Shown: positions 51,862-62,793, counted from the first letter of the stretch. The stretch is DNA of 64,000 nt from Deltaproteobacteria bacterium (GCA_034670305.1 JAXMNT010000005.1:128001-192000); one strand, 5' to 3'. Notes: generated by a model not told the origin, from the letters alone. Numbers and translations are program-made.

Positions 51862-53534
51862 TCGGTGACGCGGTAGTCCTTGAGGAACTTGCCCCAGACG
51901 TGTTCGCCGGTGTTCAAGCCATCAAAGATCGGATCGAGAATGCGGGCCGCCCCATCGACGATGTCGAGCGGCGGGGAGAAGCCGTTCTCCTCCTTCTTTC
52001 GCTCGGCGATCTGCGCGGGGTCCTCGTCTGTCACCCAGCCGGTGTCCACGCTGTTCATGTGCACGCCGTCCTTCACGTAGTCCTGCGCGCTCGTGCGGGT
52101 CATCATGTTGAGCGCCGCCTTGGCCATGTTGGTGTGCGGGTGTTTGTCGGTCTTCCACGACCGGTAGAACTGCCCCTCCATCGCCGAGACATTGACGATG
52201 TGTTTGTCCTGCGAGGGGTGGCGCAACATCAAGGACTTCAGCCGCGCGTTCATGACGAAGGGCGCGACCGCGTTGACGAGGAACACCTCGAAGAGCTCCA
52301 CCGTCGGCACCTCTTGGAGCGTCATGCGCCAACTGTTCTTGTCGCGCAGATCGATCTGCTGCTGGTCTTGATCGAGCTCGCCCGATGGAAAGAGCGCGTC
52401 GCTGGCTTCGAGGTCTTCGGTCAAGAGCGCGAGCTGCGAGAGCCAGGGCGCGGCGTGGAGCCCAACCGTGCGCTGCGCGGCGGTCTTCGCGTCTTCGGTC
52501 TTGACCAGCGCGCCACTCGACTGCAGCGCGCTTCGGAACGCTTCGTGTTCGTCCGCGATGTCGCGCGCGCCCGGGGGCAAGCTCGCGATGGGCGCGCTCT
52601 CGAAGGGCAGCAGGTGCGCGTACCAGCCGGCCGGGCGGCGCACGGTCTGACAGGCGTTGTGAATGATGAAGTCGAGCCGGCCGAGGGTCTCGGTCAGGTG
52701 GTGGGTGAGTACTTCGACCGACGGCGTGTGCCGCAGGTCGAGTCCCAGCACATGCAACTTGTCGCCCCAGTCGCCGAAGTCCGGCTCCTCGGCGTAGCGG
52801 CGGATCGCGTCGCGGGGAAACCGTGTCGTCACGACGAGCTCTACGCCGGAGCGCAAGAGCATGATGCCCGCCTGGTACCCGATCTTCACCCGGCCACCGG
52901 TGAGCAGCGCGACCCGCCCCGACAGGTCCGCGGTCTGAAACCGTTTGTCGTAGTTGAAGGGCGCACAGGTCGCGCACATCTGATCGTAGAAGAAGTGCAG
53001 CCGCGAGAACGGCTCTTTGCAGACGTAACAGATGCGCGGGGGATCGAGCTCGGGCCAGTCCCAGTTCTCTGGGGTGGCGTGTTCGGTGAGCTGCGGCGTC
53101 TCGAAGACCTCGGCCCGCCGCTTCTCGCGGATCTGCGTCCGCTCGAGGATCTTCTCCTGGTCGCTGCGCCGTTTGGCTTTCTTGCGGCGCCGGAACTCGC
53201 GCTGGAGTTTGCGCGCTTGGTCCTTGGTCGGCCTCGACGCGCGGCCGGCCGCCATCAAGAGCCGCCGCCGCAACGGCTCGGGCGCCACCGCGAGCAAGCC
53301 TCGGTTCTCGGTCAGCTCTTCGAGAACGTCCGCGGCCGCCTCGAGCCGCGCCAGGGTCTCCGCATCGAGTGCTTCGCGCTCGGCCCGGGTCGGTGGCTCC
53401 TTGGGCTTCGTCTGAGCCGCGGCGTCGCCGGCCTCGCTGGCGGTGAGCGCAGCTTCGGATTCGGGCGAAGTCACGCCCGCCCCGCGGGCGCGCTCTTCGG
53501 GGGGCGCCGGGGTGGATTGGGAGTCGTCGGACAC
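51855..53534 (-). CDS. SDR-family oxidoreductase with N-terminal extension and CxxC...CxxC motif
   Basis: CYVCK...CATC, TGGRVKIG, NVSAMEG, HTNMAKAALNM, VDTGW. Confidence 0.85.
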   Translation of the reverse strand: MSDDSQSTPAPPEERARGAGVTSPESEAALTASEAGDAAAQTKPKEPPTRAEREALDAETLARLEAAADVLEELTENRGLLAVAPEPLRRRLLMAAGRASRPTKDQARKLQREFRRRKKAKRRSDQEKILERTQIREKRRAEVFETPQLTEHATPENWDWPELDPPRICYVCKEPFSRLHFFYDQMCATCAPFNYDKRFQTADLSGRVALLTGGRVKIGYQAGIMLLRSGVELVVTTRFPRDAIRRYAEEPDFGDWGDKLHVLGLDLRHTPSVEVLTHHLTETLGRLDFIIHNACQTVRRPAGWYAHLLPFESAPIASLPPGARDIADEHEAFRSALQSSGALVKTEDAKTAAQRTVGLHAAPWLSQLALLTEDLEASDALFPSGELDQDQQQIDLRDKNSWRMTLQEVPTVELFEVFLVNAVAPFVMNARLKSLMLRHPSQDKHIVNVSAMEGQFYRSWKTDKHPHTNMAKAALNMMTRTSAQDYVKDGVHMNSVDTGWVTDEDPAQIAERKKEENGFSPPLDIVDGAARILDPIFDGLNTGEHVWGKFLKDYRVTEW

Positions 53535-53599
53535 GCAGGACCTCTAGCAGGTTGCTGCCAGTCCGCCGACCGGTTTGACTCGGTCGCGGTGGTCGCGCG

Positions 53600-55624
53600 C
53601 TACGAGACGAGGCCGTTGCGGCGCAAGAGGGGTTCGAGCTCTGGATCGCGGCCCATGAAGTCGCGGTAGAGCAGGTCCGGCTCGGCGGCGTTGCCACGCG
53701 CGAGGATCGTCTTGCGGAACTGGTCGCCGGTCGCGCGGTCCACGACGCCCGCGTCGGCGAACTTCGTGAACGCATCCGCGTCGAGCACCTCGGCCCACTT
53801 GTAGCTGTAGTACGCCGCCGCGTAGCCGGTGGGGCTCGAGAAGAGGTGGCTGAACCCGCAGATCATCGCGTAGCCGTCCGGCAGCGGCGCCGGCGCGTGC
53901 AGTTCGAGCACCGCGTTGGCGGTCTCGAGCATCGACTCCTGCGTCAGCGTGTCGAGGTCGTCGAGCACCGTGTGCAGGTAGAGGTCCACGCTCGCAAACC
54001 CGAGCTGCCGCATCTGGCCGCTCGCGGCGCGGAAGGTGCGGGCCGCAATCATCTTGTCGAAGAGTTCGTCCGGGATCTTCTCTCCGGTCTCGCAGTGCTT
54101 CGCGAAGAGATCGAGCGAGACCCGCTCCCAACAGAAGTTCTCCATGATCTGCGAGGGCAGCTCGACGAAGTCCCACGCGACGTTGGTGCCGTTGAGCGAT
54201 CGAACCTCGACCTCGCTGAGCGCGTGGTGCAGCAGATGTCCGAACTCGTGAAAGAGCGTCTCCACCTCGCGGTGGGTGAGCTGCGCCGGCGCGTCGCCGA
54301 CCGGCGGCGAGACATTCGCGCAGAAGAGCCCGAGCTGCGGCGAGCCCTTCGGCACCCCGCTGATGAGCGGGTTCATCCATGCGCCCCCGCGTTTGTCTTC
54401 GCGCGGAAAGAGGTCGACGTAGAACGCGGCCAGGAGCGCATCGCCTTCGTAGATGCCGTACGCACGCACCGCTTCGTTCCACGCCGCTGCCTCGTAGGGG
54501 CGGATCTCCACGCCGTAGAGTGCGCCGGCCAGGCGGAAGAGGCCTTCGAGCACGCTGTCGACCGCGAAGTAGGGGCGCAGCGCTTCGTCGTCGAACGCGA
54601 AGCGGGACTTGCGGAGCTTCTCGGCGTAGTAGCCGACGTCCCACGGCGCGATGGCCGGGGCGTCCGCGCCTTCCAGTTCGGCGCGGAACGCTTGCAGTTC
54701 GACCTTCTCGCGGTCGAACGCCGCTTGGGTGCGGGCCCGAAGATCCGCCACGAAGGCCGACGCGCGTTCGCCGCTCTTGGCCATGCGCGGCTCGAGCACG
54801 AAGTCCGCGAAGTCGTCGTAGCCGAGCAGCGTCGCCTTCTCTTTGCGGAGCGTGAGGATCTCGATGATGAGCGCCCGGTTGTCGCGCTCGCCGCCCGACG
54901 CGCGGGCGTTGTAGGCGCGCCACATCTGCTCGCGAATGCCCGCGTCGTCGAGGTGCTGCATCACCGCGATGTAACTCGGCGCGTGCAGGGTGAAGCGCCA
55001 GCCCTCTGCCTTCTTGGACTCGGCGGATTGTTTCGCGGCGGCGATGGCCGAGGCCGGCAGCCCTTGAAGCTTCGTTTCGTCGGTCACGAGCAACTCGAAG
55101 TCGTTCGTGTCGTCGAGCACGTTCTGGGAGAACTTGGTCGTGCGCTTGGTCAGCGCGACGTCGATCTCCTGCAAGCGGCTCTTGTCGTCGTCGTCGAGCC
55201 CGGCGCCCTGCCGCCGGAACTCGTCGAGCGTCTTGTCGAGCAAGCGCTTCTTGGCGCCGGTCAACGCTTTGGCTTCTTCGGTCTCGGCGAACTTCAGGAG
55301 CGACGCGTAGAGTTTCGGGTCGAGCGAGATGCTGGACCAGAGCTCACTCGCTTTGGGCTGGGCCTCGTTGTAGGCCTCGCGCAGCGGCGGCGTGGTGGCG
55401 ACCGACTCGAGGTGCCCCACCACCGTGAGCGCGACCTCGAGATCTTCGGTCGCCGCCTCCAGCGCGCCGATGGTCGTGTCCCACGTGAACGTCTTCGTGT
55501 GGCCGATCGCGGCGAGCGCTTCTTCGGTCTTGGCGATGAGCGCGTCGATCCCCGGACCCACGTGCTCCGCCCGAACCTGGTCGAAGGGGATGGCGAACGG
55601 AATGCGCAGCAGGGGGTTGGTCAT
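53600..55624 (-). CDS. prlC: Oligopeptidase A (M3A metallopeptidase)
   Basis: MTNPLL, KRGGAWM, FHEFGH, WDFVELPSQIMEN, YYSYKWAEVLDADAF. Confidence 0.92.
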   Translation of the reverse strand: MTNPLLRIPFAIPFDQVRAEHVGPGIDALIAKTEEALAAIGHTKTFTWDTTIGALEAATEDLEVALTVVGHLESVATTPPLREAYNEAQPKASELWSSISLDPKLYASLLKFAETEEAKALTGAKKRLLDKTLDEFRRQGAGLDDDDKSRLQEIDVALTKRTTKFSQNVLDDTNDFELLVTDETKLQGLPASAIAAAKQSAESKKAEGWRFTLHAPSYIAVMQHLDDAGIREQMWRAYNARASGGERDNRALIIEILTLRKEKATLLGYDDFADFVLEPRMAKSGERASAFVADLRARTQAAFDREKVELQAFRAELEGADAPAIAPWDVGYYAEKLRKSRFAFDDEALRPYFAVDSVLEGLFRLAGALYGVEIRPYEAAAWNEAVRAYGIYEGDALLAAFYVDLFPREDKRGGAWMNPLISGVPKGSPQLGLFCANVSPPVGDAPAQLTHREVETLFHEFGHLLHHALSEVEVRSLNGTNVAWDFVELPSQIMENFCWERVSLDLFAKHCETGEKIPDELFDKMIAARTFRAASGQMRQLGFASVDLYLHTVLDDLDTLTQESMLETANAVLELHAPAPLPDGYAMICGFSHLFSSPTGYAAAYYSYKWAEVLDADAFTKFADAGVVDRATGDQFRKTILARGNAAEPDLLYRDFMGRDPELEPLLRRNGLVS

Positions 55625-55716
55625 GGGGGCGGTGTAGCAAAGAGAGGCCGCCCCGCCGATGCGTTTTCGCCCGGTCCCGAAGGCAGGCGTCCTGCGACCC
55701 GTTTCGACCCGTGCCC

Positions 55717-55926
55717 GCTTCGGCTTCGGGATCGGCTTCGGCTTCGGAATCGGCTTCGGGATCGGCTTCGGCTTCGGGATCGGCTTCGGGATCGGCTTCG
55801 GCTTCGGGATCGGCTTCGGGATCGGCTTCGGCTTCGGGATCGGCTTCGGGATCGGCTTCGGGATCGGCTTCGGGATCGGCTTCTTCGATCCAGAACCGAG
55901 GGCAAGGCAGGGCAGGGGCAAGGGCC
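55717..55926. repeat. Hexamer array (CGGCTT/CGGGAT) followed by CAGAACCGAGGGCAAG...GGGCAGGGGCAAGGGC
   Basis: Direct reading; the tail matches the motif at 6675-6717. Confidence 0.9.
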
Positions 55927-55937
55927 CCCGTCTCGAC

Positions 55938-58900
55938 CTACTCCTCTTCCGCCCCCCGTTCGCCCGACCCATCCGGTTTGGGCGACTGCGCCGCCTCCTC
56001 GGAGAGCTCCTCCTCGGGCGTCGGCTGCTTGAAGCCGGCTTCGAGCTTCAGGGGTGCGGGCAGCCGGTAGAACATGGCGTAGAGCAGGGGCACCACCACC
56101 AGCGTGAACACCGTCGAGAAGACGAGTCCGAACATGATCGCGACCGACATCGGTTCCCACATCGCCCCTCCGCTCAAGTAGAGCGGGATGAGCGACGCGA
56201 CCGTGGTGGCGGTGGTGAGCAGGATCGGCCGGACCCGGGTCTGGGCGGCCGCAACGACGGCCCTCTCGGGCGCCAGGCCTTCGTCGATCTCGATCTGGAT
56301 CCGGTCGAGTAGGACGATCGCGTTGTTGATGACGATGCCCGCCAGACTGATGATGCCGAGCAGGGTCATGAACCCGAACGAGCTGTCCATGACCACCAGT
56401 CCGATGACCACGCCGATCATCGCGAGCACGATGGTCGAGAGCACGATGATCGGTTTGCGGATGGAGTTGAACTGGCTGACCAGCAGCAAGATGATCACGA
56501 GCCCCGCGATCGGGAGCTTCGCGCCGATGCTGGCATTGGCTTTGACGCTCGACTCCATCTCGCCGCCGAGCTCGTACCGGTAGCCGACGTCCCACCCAGC
56601 TTGTTGTTCGTCGAGCCATGGCTGCAGCTCGTTCACGACGTCGATGGCGGTGGTGCCGTCGACCTCGGCCGAGACCGTGACGGTCCGGTACCGGTCGCGC
56701 CGCAATACCGCGGACGGTTCGAACGCGAGCGTGATGTCGGCCACCTGCGAGAGCGGGACGCTCTGTCGCCGAGTGCTCGAGAAGACCGCGAGGTTCTGGA
56801 CCCGGTCGAGGTCGCGGCGGTCGACCGCGACGCTGCGCACGATGACTGGGATCGACTCGTCCTCTTCTCGGTAGCGTGTCGTCTCGAGGCCGCTGAGGAA
56901 GGTCTGCATCGCGAGCGCGACCTCCTGGTTGGTCACCCCGGCCCGCCGCGCGCGCTCTTCGTCGATCGAGACCACGAGCTTCTTCACCCGCGAGCCCCAG
57001 TCGTCCGCGATGTTGTAGGTGCCGGCGACGTCTCCGAGCTCCGCCTTCACGCGGTCGACGATCTCGAACACTGCGTCGGTGTCGGGGCCGGAGATGCGGA
57101 TCTGCACCGGTTTGGTGACCGGTGGTCCAGACGAGAGCGAACGGATGAACGGCTCGACGTCCGGGAAGGTCTCGAGCGACCACCGGTTCATGCGCTCCAT
57201 GATGCGCTCGGCGGCTTCCGCCGAGGTCGTGTGCACCATCAGCTCGCAGTAGCCCCCAAGCGACGGCGCGGGGCTGTAGCCGAGGGTGAACGGCACGGGC
57301 GTCTCGCCGATGAAGGTCGTCCAGCTCGTGACCCCGTCGGCGTCCTCGTCGTCGACCAGACCCTCGACGCGCAGCTCTTCCAGGAACCGGTCGACCTCCG
57401 CGGACATCTCGCGGGTGGTGTCGATGCTGGTGCCCGGCGGAAGGTTCAGCTGCGCCATGAAGAACGCGCGGTCTTGGGCGGGGAAGAAGATCGCGGGGAC
57501 CAGACTCCACAGCTGCATCGACGCGAAGAACGCCAACAAGACGATCGCGATCGAAGCTTTCCGGAACGTGAGCACGGTGCGCAGCGATCGGCGGTAGAGC
57601 TGGTAGAAGCGCCCCTCGTACCCGGAACCGGCGTCTGCCTTGCGGGGCTCCACTTTGAGAAAGAGCGTGCACAAAAGCGGCGTCATCGTGAGCGCGAGCC
57701 CCCACGAGACCAGCAAGGTGGTCGAGACGACGGTGAACAGCGCCCCGGTGTATTCGCCGACCGCGGACTCGGCCAGGTAGATCGGCAGGAACGCGGCGGC
57801 GGTCGTGAGCGACGAGACCAAGAGCGGGGTCTGCAGCTCCCGGCACGCGTTCACCGCGGCGTCGTAGGCCGACTCGCCGTCGGTCATGCGCACCATGATC
57901 GACTCGCTGACGACGATGGCGTTGTCGACCAATAAACCGAGCGCGATGATCAGCGCCGCCAGGCTCATCTGGTTCACCGTCTCGCCGTACAGACTCATGA
58001 TCCACAGCGTGATGACCATCGCAGCGGGAATGAGCGCAGAGACCACGAGCCCGGTGCGCAGTCCCAGCGTCAGCAGCATCACGACCAGCACGATGCCGAC
58101 GGCCTGCAGCACGTTGACGCCGAACTCCTCGACTTTGGCTTCGACCTCGGTGGGCTGGAAGTAGGTCACCTCGAAGTCGATCCCGTGCGGGTACCGCGCG
58201 GGCAAACCATCGAAGAACGACTTCACCTCTTCGCCGAGCGCGACGAGGTTGTTGCCGTCCGCCATCGAGACCGCGAACGTGAGCGCCCGGCGGCCTTCCA
58301 GGGTCACGAGCCCGCTCGGTGGATCGACGTAACCGCGGGAGATGCGGGTGACGTCGCCGAGGTAGGTCAGCCCGCCCGTTGGCAGCTCGATGAGCGTGCG
58401 CCCGAGCTCTTCGACCGAGATGAAGTTGCCGCTCGGCTCGAGCGAGATGCGCTCGGTGCCCAGATCGATCTGGCCACCCGGCATGATGATGTTGCGGGTC
58501 TGCAGCACCTGTTGGATCTGCCCAGGCGAGAGCCCGAGCTGGGCGAGCCGCGCGTTGTTGAACTCGACGAAGATCCGGTCTTCCTGTTCGCCAAGGATCT
58601 CCACCTTCGCGACGCCGTCGATGTGGAGAATCTGATCGCGGATCGTGTCGGCGATCTCGCGCATCTCCCGCTCCTCGTAGCCGTCCGCGGTCATGCTGAA
58701 GAGCATCGGGTAGGTGTCGCCGAGTTCGTCGTTGATCTCCGGAAGCTGAGCGCCGGCCGGCAGCTGGACCGAGGCGATCTTCCGGCGCAGCGAGTCCCAG
58801 ATCGGGCGCACGTCTTTGAACTCTTCTCGGATGGTGACGGAGACCACCGAGACGCCGGTGCGGCTGGTGCTGCTGATGAAGTCGAGTTCCGGCAGCGACT

Positions 58901-59114
58901 GCGCGGCCTGCTCGATCGGATCGGTCACGAGCTGTTCGACCCGGTCCGGGCTCGCGCCGGGGAACCGAGTGACGATCTGCGCGACCCGGATGATGAACCC
59001 AGGGTCCATCTGCTGCGGCATCGTCTGGTACGCGCCGACGCCGCTGACGAGCAGCACCCCGATGAGCACGCCGGTGACGCGGTTCTTGCGAATCGCGGTG
59101 GACGTGATGCTCAT
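55938..59114 (-). CDS. RND efflux permease (AcrB/AcrD/AcrF family)
   Basis: 1058 aa; FPGASP..VE..VT.PIE, GLLVDNAIVV, GIVINNAIVL, RVRPILLT. Confidence 0.95.
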   Translation of the reverse strand: MSITSTAIRKNRVTGVLIGVLLVSGVGAYQTMPQQMDPGFIIRVAQIVTRFPGASPDRVEQLVTDPIEQAAQSLPELDFISSTSRTGVSVVSVTIREEFKDVRPIWDSLRRKIASVQLPAGAQLPEINDELGDTYPMLFSMTADGYEEREMREIADTIRDQILHIDGVAKVEILGEQEDRIFVEFNNARLAQLGLSPGQIQQVLQTRNIIMPGGQIDLGTERISLEPSGNFISVEELGRTLIELPTGGLTYLGDVTRISRGYVDPPSGLVTLEGRRALTFAVSMADGNNLVALGEEVKSFFDGLPARYPHGIDFEVTYFQPTEVEAKVEEFGVNVLQAVGIVLVVMLLTLGLRTGLVVSALIPAAMVITLWIMSLYGETVNQMSLAALIIALGLLVDNAIVVSESIMVRMTDGESAYDAAVNACRELQTPLLVSSLTTAAAFLPIYLAESAVGEYTGALFTVVSTTLLVSWGLALTMTPLLCTLFLKVEPRKADAGSGYEGRFYQLYRRSLRTVLTFRKASIAIVLLAFFASMQLWSLVPAIFFPAQDRAFFMAQLNLPPGTSIDTTREMSAEVDRFLEELRVEGLVDDEDADGVTSWTTFIGETPVPFTLGYSPAPSLGGYCELMVHTTSAEAAERIMERMNRWSLETFPDVEPFIRSLSSGPPVTKPVQIRISGPDTDAVFEIVDRVKAELGDVAGTYNIADDWGSRVKKLVVSIDEERARRAGVTNQEVALAMQTFLSGLETTRYREEDESIPVIVRSVAVDRRDLDRVQNLAVFSSTRRQSVPLSQVADITLAFEPSAVLRRDRYRTVTVSAEVDGTTAIDVVNELQPWLDEQQAGWDVGYRYELGGEMESSVKANASIGAKLPIAGLVIILLLVSQFNSIRKPIIVLSTIVLAMIGVVIGLVVMDSSFGFMTLLGIISLAGIVINNAIVLLDRIQIEIDEGLAPERAVVAAAQTRVRPILLTTATTVASLIPLYLSGGAMWEPMSVAIMFGLVFSTVFTLVVVPLLYAMFYRLPAPLKLEAGFKQPTPEEELSEEAAQSPKPDGSGERGAEEE

Positions 59115-60400
59115 TCGTCGTCGTCCTGAGTGTCCGCCGGGGCTTCTTCTTCGGCTTCGTCTTCTTCGCCGGTGGCGGTGCCCTCTTGCGGCGGCACCCG
59201 GACTTCGAGTCCGTCCTCGATGCGGCTCACGCCAGCCGTCACCACGCGCTCACCCGCTTCGAGGCCTTCCGTCACGACGATGCCGCCCGGGCCGATCTCG
59301 CCGACCTCCACGCTGCGGCGCCGGACGTTGGCGGTCTCGCCTTCGCCGTCGAGCACGAATACGAAGCGGCCTTCGCGGTCTTCGCCGACCGCGCTCGTCG
59401 GCACGGTGAGTCCCGGCGCCTCGGCGTCGGCGTGCGCGCGGAACGAGACGTCCGCGACCATGCCGGGGCGCACGTCCTCGGTGCCTTCGGGCAGCCGAAT
59501 CGTCACCGGAAAGATCGCGCTGCCTTGGGCGGGGGTGCCGACCTCGTAGACCGTGCCGACGATGGAGCGGCCGCGGATCTCCACGTTGGCTTCGTCGCCG
59601 CGCGAGACGTGCTGGATGTGCGACTCCGGCATGTCCACGCCAACCTCCAGCTGCTCACCGATCTGAAGCGTGGCGACGACCTGGCCGGCGCCGACGACCT
59701 CGCCCGCCTCCACCGAGACCGCGCTGATGGTGCCGGCGCTGGGCGCGCTCAACCGCGCGTATTCGAGTTGGCGCTGGAGCCTTCGAACCGCCTGTCCCGC
59801 AGCCCCGGCCGCAGACTGGGCTCCGTCGCGCTGCGCACGCGCGTTGTCGAGATCCTGGGGCGACGCGTTCTGGTTCTCGTAGAGCGCGCGCACCCGCTGG
59901 TAGGTCGCCGCCGCGCTGCGCGATTGCGCCTGGGCTTGTCCGGCCGATGCACGGGCTTCTTGGAGCTGCAGCTGCAGGTCGGTCGGGTCGACCTCTGCGA
60001 TGACCTGGTCCGCTTCGACCGCGTCGCCCACCCGGACCGAGAGGGTGGTGACCCGGCCGGGCACCTGAAAGCTCAACCGGCTTTCGCTCCCGGCGCGTAC
60101 GGACCCCGCGAAGGTGTGGGTCGCGTCGCCCGTGCCATTGCCTGCGACGACCCAGCGTACGGGTCGGACGATGGCTTCCGTCGACGGTTCTTCGCCGCCG
60201 CAGCCGGACGTGAGCGCGGCGCCTGCGATGAGGCCAGCGAGCACCGCACCCGAGCGCAGCGTGCCTGCGCCGCAGAGCCATGCGCCGGCCCTCCTCCTGC
60301 GCCTTGTCGTCGCTGCCAACATCGCGATCGCGTCGGTCTTCATCGTATTCGTTCCCGTGTTCAAAGTGCCCACCCTGGTCTTGCGCGTCGTGCTGGTCAT
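59111..60400 (-). CDS. RND periplasmic adaptor (membrane fusion protein)
   Basis: LTSGC lipobox, LSFQVPG, LSAPSAG, RPGM, VPTSAV, GLEAGERVVTAG; ATGA overlap with TolC (alternative start 60343). Confidence 0.92.
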   Translation of the reverse strand: MTSTTRKTRVGTLNTGTNTMKTDAIAMLAATTRRRRRAGAWLCGAGTLRSGAVLAGLIAGAALTSGCGGEEPSTEAIVRPVRWVVAGNGTGDATHTFAGSVRAGSESRLSFQVPGRVTTLSVRVGDAVEADQVIAEVDPTDLQLQLQEARASAGQAQAQSRSAAATYQRVRALYENQNASPQDLDNARAQRDGAQSAAGAAGQAVRRLQRQLEYARLSAPSAGTISAVSVEAGEVVGAGQVVATLQIGEQLEVGVDMPESHIQHVSRGDEANVEIRGRSIVGTVYEVGTPAQGSAIFPVTIRLPEGTEDVRPGMVADVSFRAHADAEAPGLTVPTSAVGEDREGRFVFVLDGEGETANVRRRSVEVGEIGPGGIVVTEGLEAGERVVTAGVSRIEDGLEVRVPPQEGTATGEEDEAEEEAPADTQDDDE

Positions 60401-62793
60401 TGCGCGGTCTCGATTTCGGAGGCTCGGCGCGCGGCGGCCATCTGCGTCAGCCGCTGCACGAACTCTTCTCGTTCGCTCGCCTCGAGCCGGAAGCCGAAGC
60501 GCCCCGCGGCCCGCTCGACCCGGATGTAGTCCGCGAGGAAGTCGTACACCGCGTTGCTGGCCGACAGCGCCGTGAGCCGCGCTTGGTTCTGCGCGTCGAT
60601 GAGGGTGACGACGTTCGCGGCGCCGCGTCGGTACGCGTCGCTCACGAGTTCGAGGTTGGCGGCGGCCGCCCGTTGCGCGTCGGCGCGCAGCCGCACCGCG
60701 GCGCGGGAGGCGCCGGCTTGGTGCATGGCGGCGCGCACGTTCGCCTCGATGGACTGGGCGAGCGCCTGCCGTTGCATCTCCAGCTGCTCGATCTGCGCCC
60801 GTGCCTGCGAGATCGCGCCGTAGCGCGAGGCATCGAAGAGCCGGAACCGGAGCGCGGCGCCCACCTGCCAGGTGAAGTTGTCCTGCTGAGGAAGGTCGAT
60901 GCCTGGGATCGGCGCCAGCGCTTCGGAGCCCGCGCCGCTCCGATGGAAGACGTTCGTGAAGCCGCCCGTGACGACCACGTCCGGCACGTAGAGTTGCTGG
61001 CGGCGTCCATCGAGCGCGAGGTTCTGCGCCCGGAGCGCGGCATCGATCTGCTTGAGTTCGGGCGACTGTTCGAGCGCATCCTCCGCGACAAACGCCCGAA
61101 GCACCCCGAACGACCACGGGTCTTCCACGTACTCGAGCACGCGCGGGTCCATCACCAGGCCAACATCTGGTTCGGTGGGTTCGACCGTGTGCACCGGTGC
61201 CTCGAGTTCTCGGTTGAGCACCCGGTTCAAGCCGATCTCCGCCTGGTTGCGGCGCGCGGTCGCGGCGATGACGTTGGCCCGGCCGTCGGCGATCTCGATC
61301 TCCCAGCGAAAGACTTCTTCGCGCCCGCCGGAGCCGATCTGCACGCGGACCTCGGCGAGGCTGAGGTTGCGCCGGATGCGGGTGAGGTTCTCGCGGTTGA
61401 CCCGCTCCGCCGTGCGGGCGCGGAGCACGTCGAGGTACGCGATGGTGGCGTCGCGCACCACGTCGAGTTCGCTGCTCTGCACGCCGCGCGTCGCCGCTTC
61501 GATGTTCGCTTCTTGCGCGCGGATCCCGCGGTGGAGCGTGGGCGAGTAGACGACTTGCTGCCCACTCAGACCCCAGGAGACTTGCCGCTCCGCGCTGCCG
61601 AGGGACGAGGACACGTCCGGGTCCTGCCACGTGAACCCCGCTTGGGCGTCGACGGTCGGCAGCCACCCGCCGCGCGTCTGCGCCAGTCCCGCGTCGGCCA
61701 CGTCGACGTCCAAACGCGCAGCGCCGAGCCCGAGGTTGCCTTGGACCGCTTCGGCCACCGCGTCGCGCAACGTGGTCGGGGTGCCGCGCTGGCGCTCGTT
61801 CATGCCGACGAGCACCGCCTCGGTCATGAGCTCGAAGCGTGGCCAGATGCCGATCGCGCGCGCGGTCGCCATGTTGATGGAGAGCTCCGCGCGCGCTTCG
61901 AAGACGATGCTGTAGGTGGATGGTTCGCCGCGAGCGAGCGTCTCCTGGATGTTGAGCGCGACCCGGCGCATGCGCCGCTCGACTTCGCCGTCGGGCACGA
62001 GCGAGGTGAACGCGCCGCGGTTCACCCAGCTGCGACCATCGCTCGCGTAGGTCGGCAGCCGCCGTGCGTTGAGTCCATCGATGAGCGGCTGCACCTCGGA
62101 TTCGGGAAGCCGAATGAGCGGCCCGATGTAGACCGCTTCGATGCCTTCTTCGAGCGCGGACAGCACCGACTCGGCGGTCGCGTCGACCGGCACGATCTGC
62201 ACCTGCATCGGCGGGCCGGCGTTCTCGGCGCGCGCGGTGCGGCCGACGAACGCTTCGAGTTCCGGGATCGCGTCGGTGATCACCCGGTCGATGAGGATGG
62301 CGGTGCGGTTGAGCCGGACGACTTCTCGGAAGCGGCGCAGGTCGCGTTCGAGGTCGACGAGGCCCGTCAGGTAGCTCAGGTTGCGGCGGCCGCTCGTCTC
62401 CCCCTCGCGCGGCAGCCCTTGGAGCTCCGGACTCGCGAAGGGCAGAAACACCGGTTTGGAGAGCCGTTCGATCCGCGCGACCGCGCGGCCGGTCTGCAGG
62501 CCGAGCCCGACCACCATGTCGATCGAGCGATCGGCCAGCGCGGCGGCGACCAACGCATCGGCGCGCGCCGGTGTGAAGTCACCGACGTGGGTGGGCGCGC
62601 TCGGCGCGGAGAACCCCTCGAAGCGTTCCGAGAAGAGCGTGTCGAGTTCGTGGGCGAGCCGAGCGGTCTCGCGGCGGAACACGTCGGTGTCTCCGTCGAC
62701 GACCACCGCGATCCGGGGCGCGGCGTTGCGTGGTTGCGCGAACGCGTGCGACGCGACCGACAGGGACAAGAGCACCAAGCACCACTTCATCAT
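60397..62793 (-). CDS. TolC-family outer-membrane efflux protein with ~330-aa N-terminal extra domain
   Basis: C-terminal OEP repeats (LRDAVAEAVQGN, AYLDVL, YRRG..NVVTLIDAQ); N-terminal region resembles an ABC substrate-binding fold. Confidence 0.85.
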   Translation of the reverse strand: MMKWCLVLLSLSVASHAFAQPRNAAPRIAVVVDGDTDVFRRETARLAHELDTLFSERFEGFSAPSAPTHVGDFTPARADALVAAALADRSIDMVVGLGLQTGRAVARIERLSKPVFLPFASPELQGLPREGETSGRRNLSYLTGLVDLERDLRRFREVVRLNRTAILIDRVITDAIPELEAFVGRTARAENAGPPMQVQIVPVDATAESVLSALEEGIEAVYIGPLIRLPESEVQPLIDGLNARRLPTYASDGRSWVNRGAFTSLVPDGEVERRMRRVALNIQETLARGEPSTYSIVFEARAELSINMATARAIGIWPRFELMTEAVLVGMNERQRGTPTTLRDAVAEAVQGNLGLGAARLDVDVADAGLAQTRGGWLPTVDAQAGFTWQDPDVSSSLGSAERQVSWGLSGQQVVYSPTLHRGIRAQEANIEAATRGVQSSELDVVRDATIAYLDVLRARTAERVNRENLTRIRRNLSLAEVRVQIGSGGREEVFRWEIEIADGRANVIAATARRNQAEIGLNRVLNRELEAPVHTVEPTEPDVGLVMDPRVLEYVEDPWSFGVLRAFVAEDALEQSPELKQIDAALRAQNLALDGRRQQLYVPDVVVTGGFTNVFHRSGAGSEALAPIPGIDLPQQDNFTWQVGAALRFRLFDASRYGAISQARAQIEQLEMQRQALAQSIEANVRAAMHQAGASRAAVRLRADAQRAAAANLELVSDAYRRGAANVVTLIDAQNQARLTALSASNAVYDFLADYIRVERAAGRFGFRLEASEREEFVQRLTQMAAARRASEIETAQ

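Noticed and set aside
53544..53557. CTAGCAGGTTGCTG resembling the left end of the MITE-like element
   Set aside because: Isolated 14-mer with no partner end in a very short intergenic gap; could be chance.
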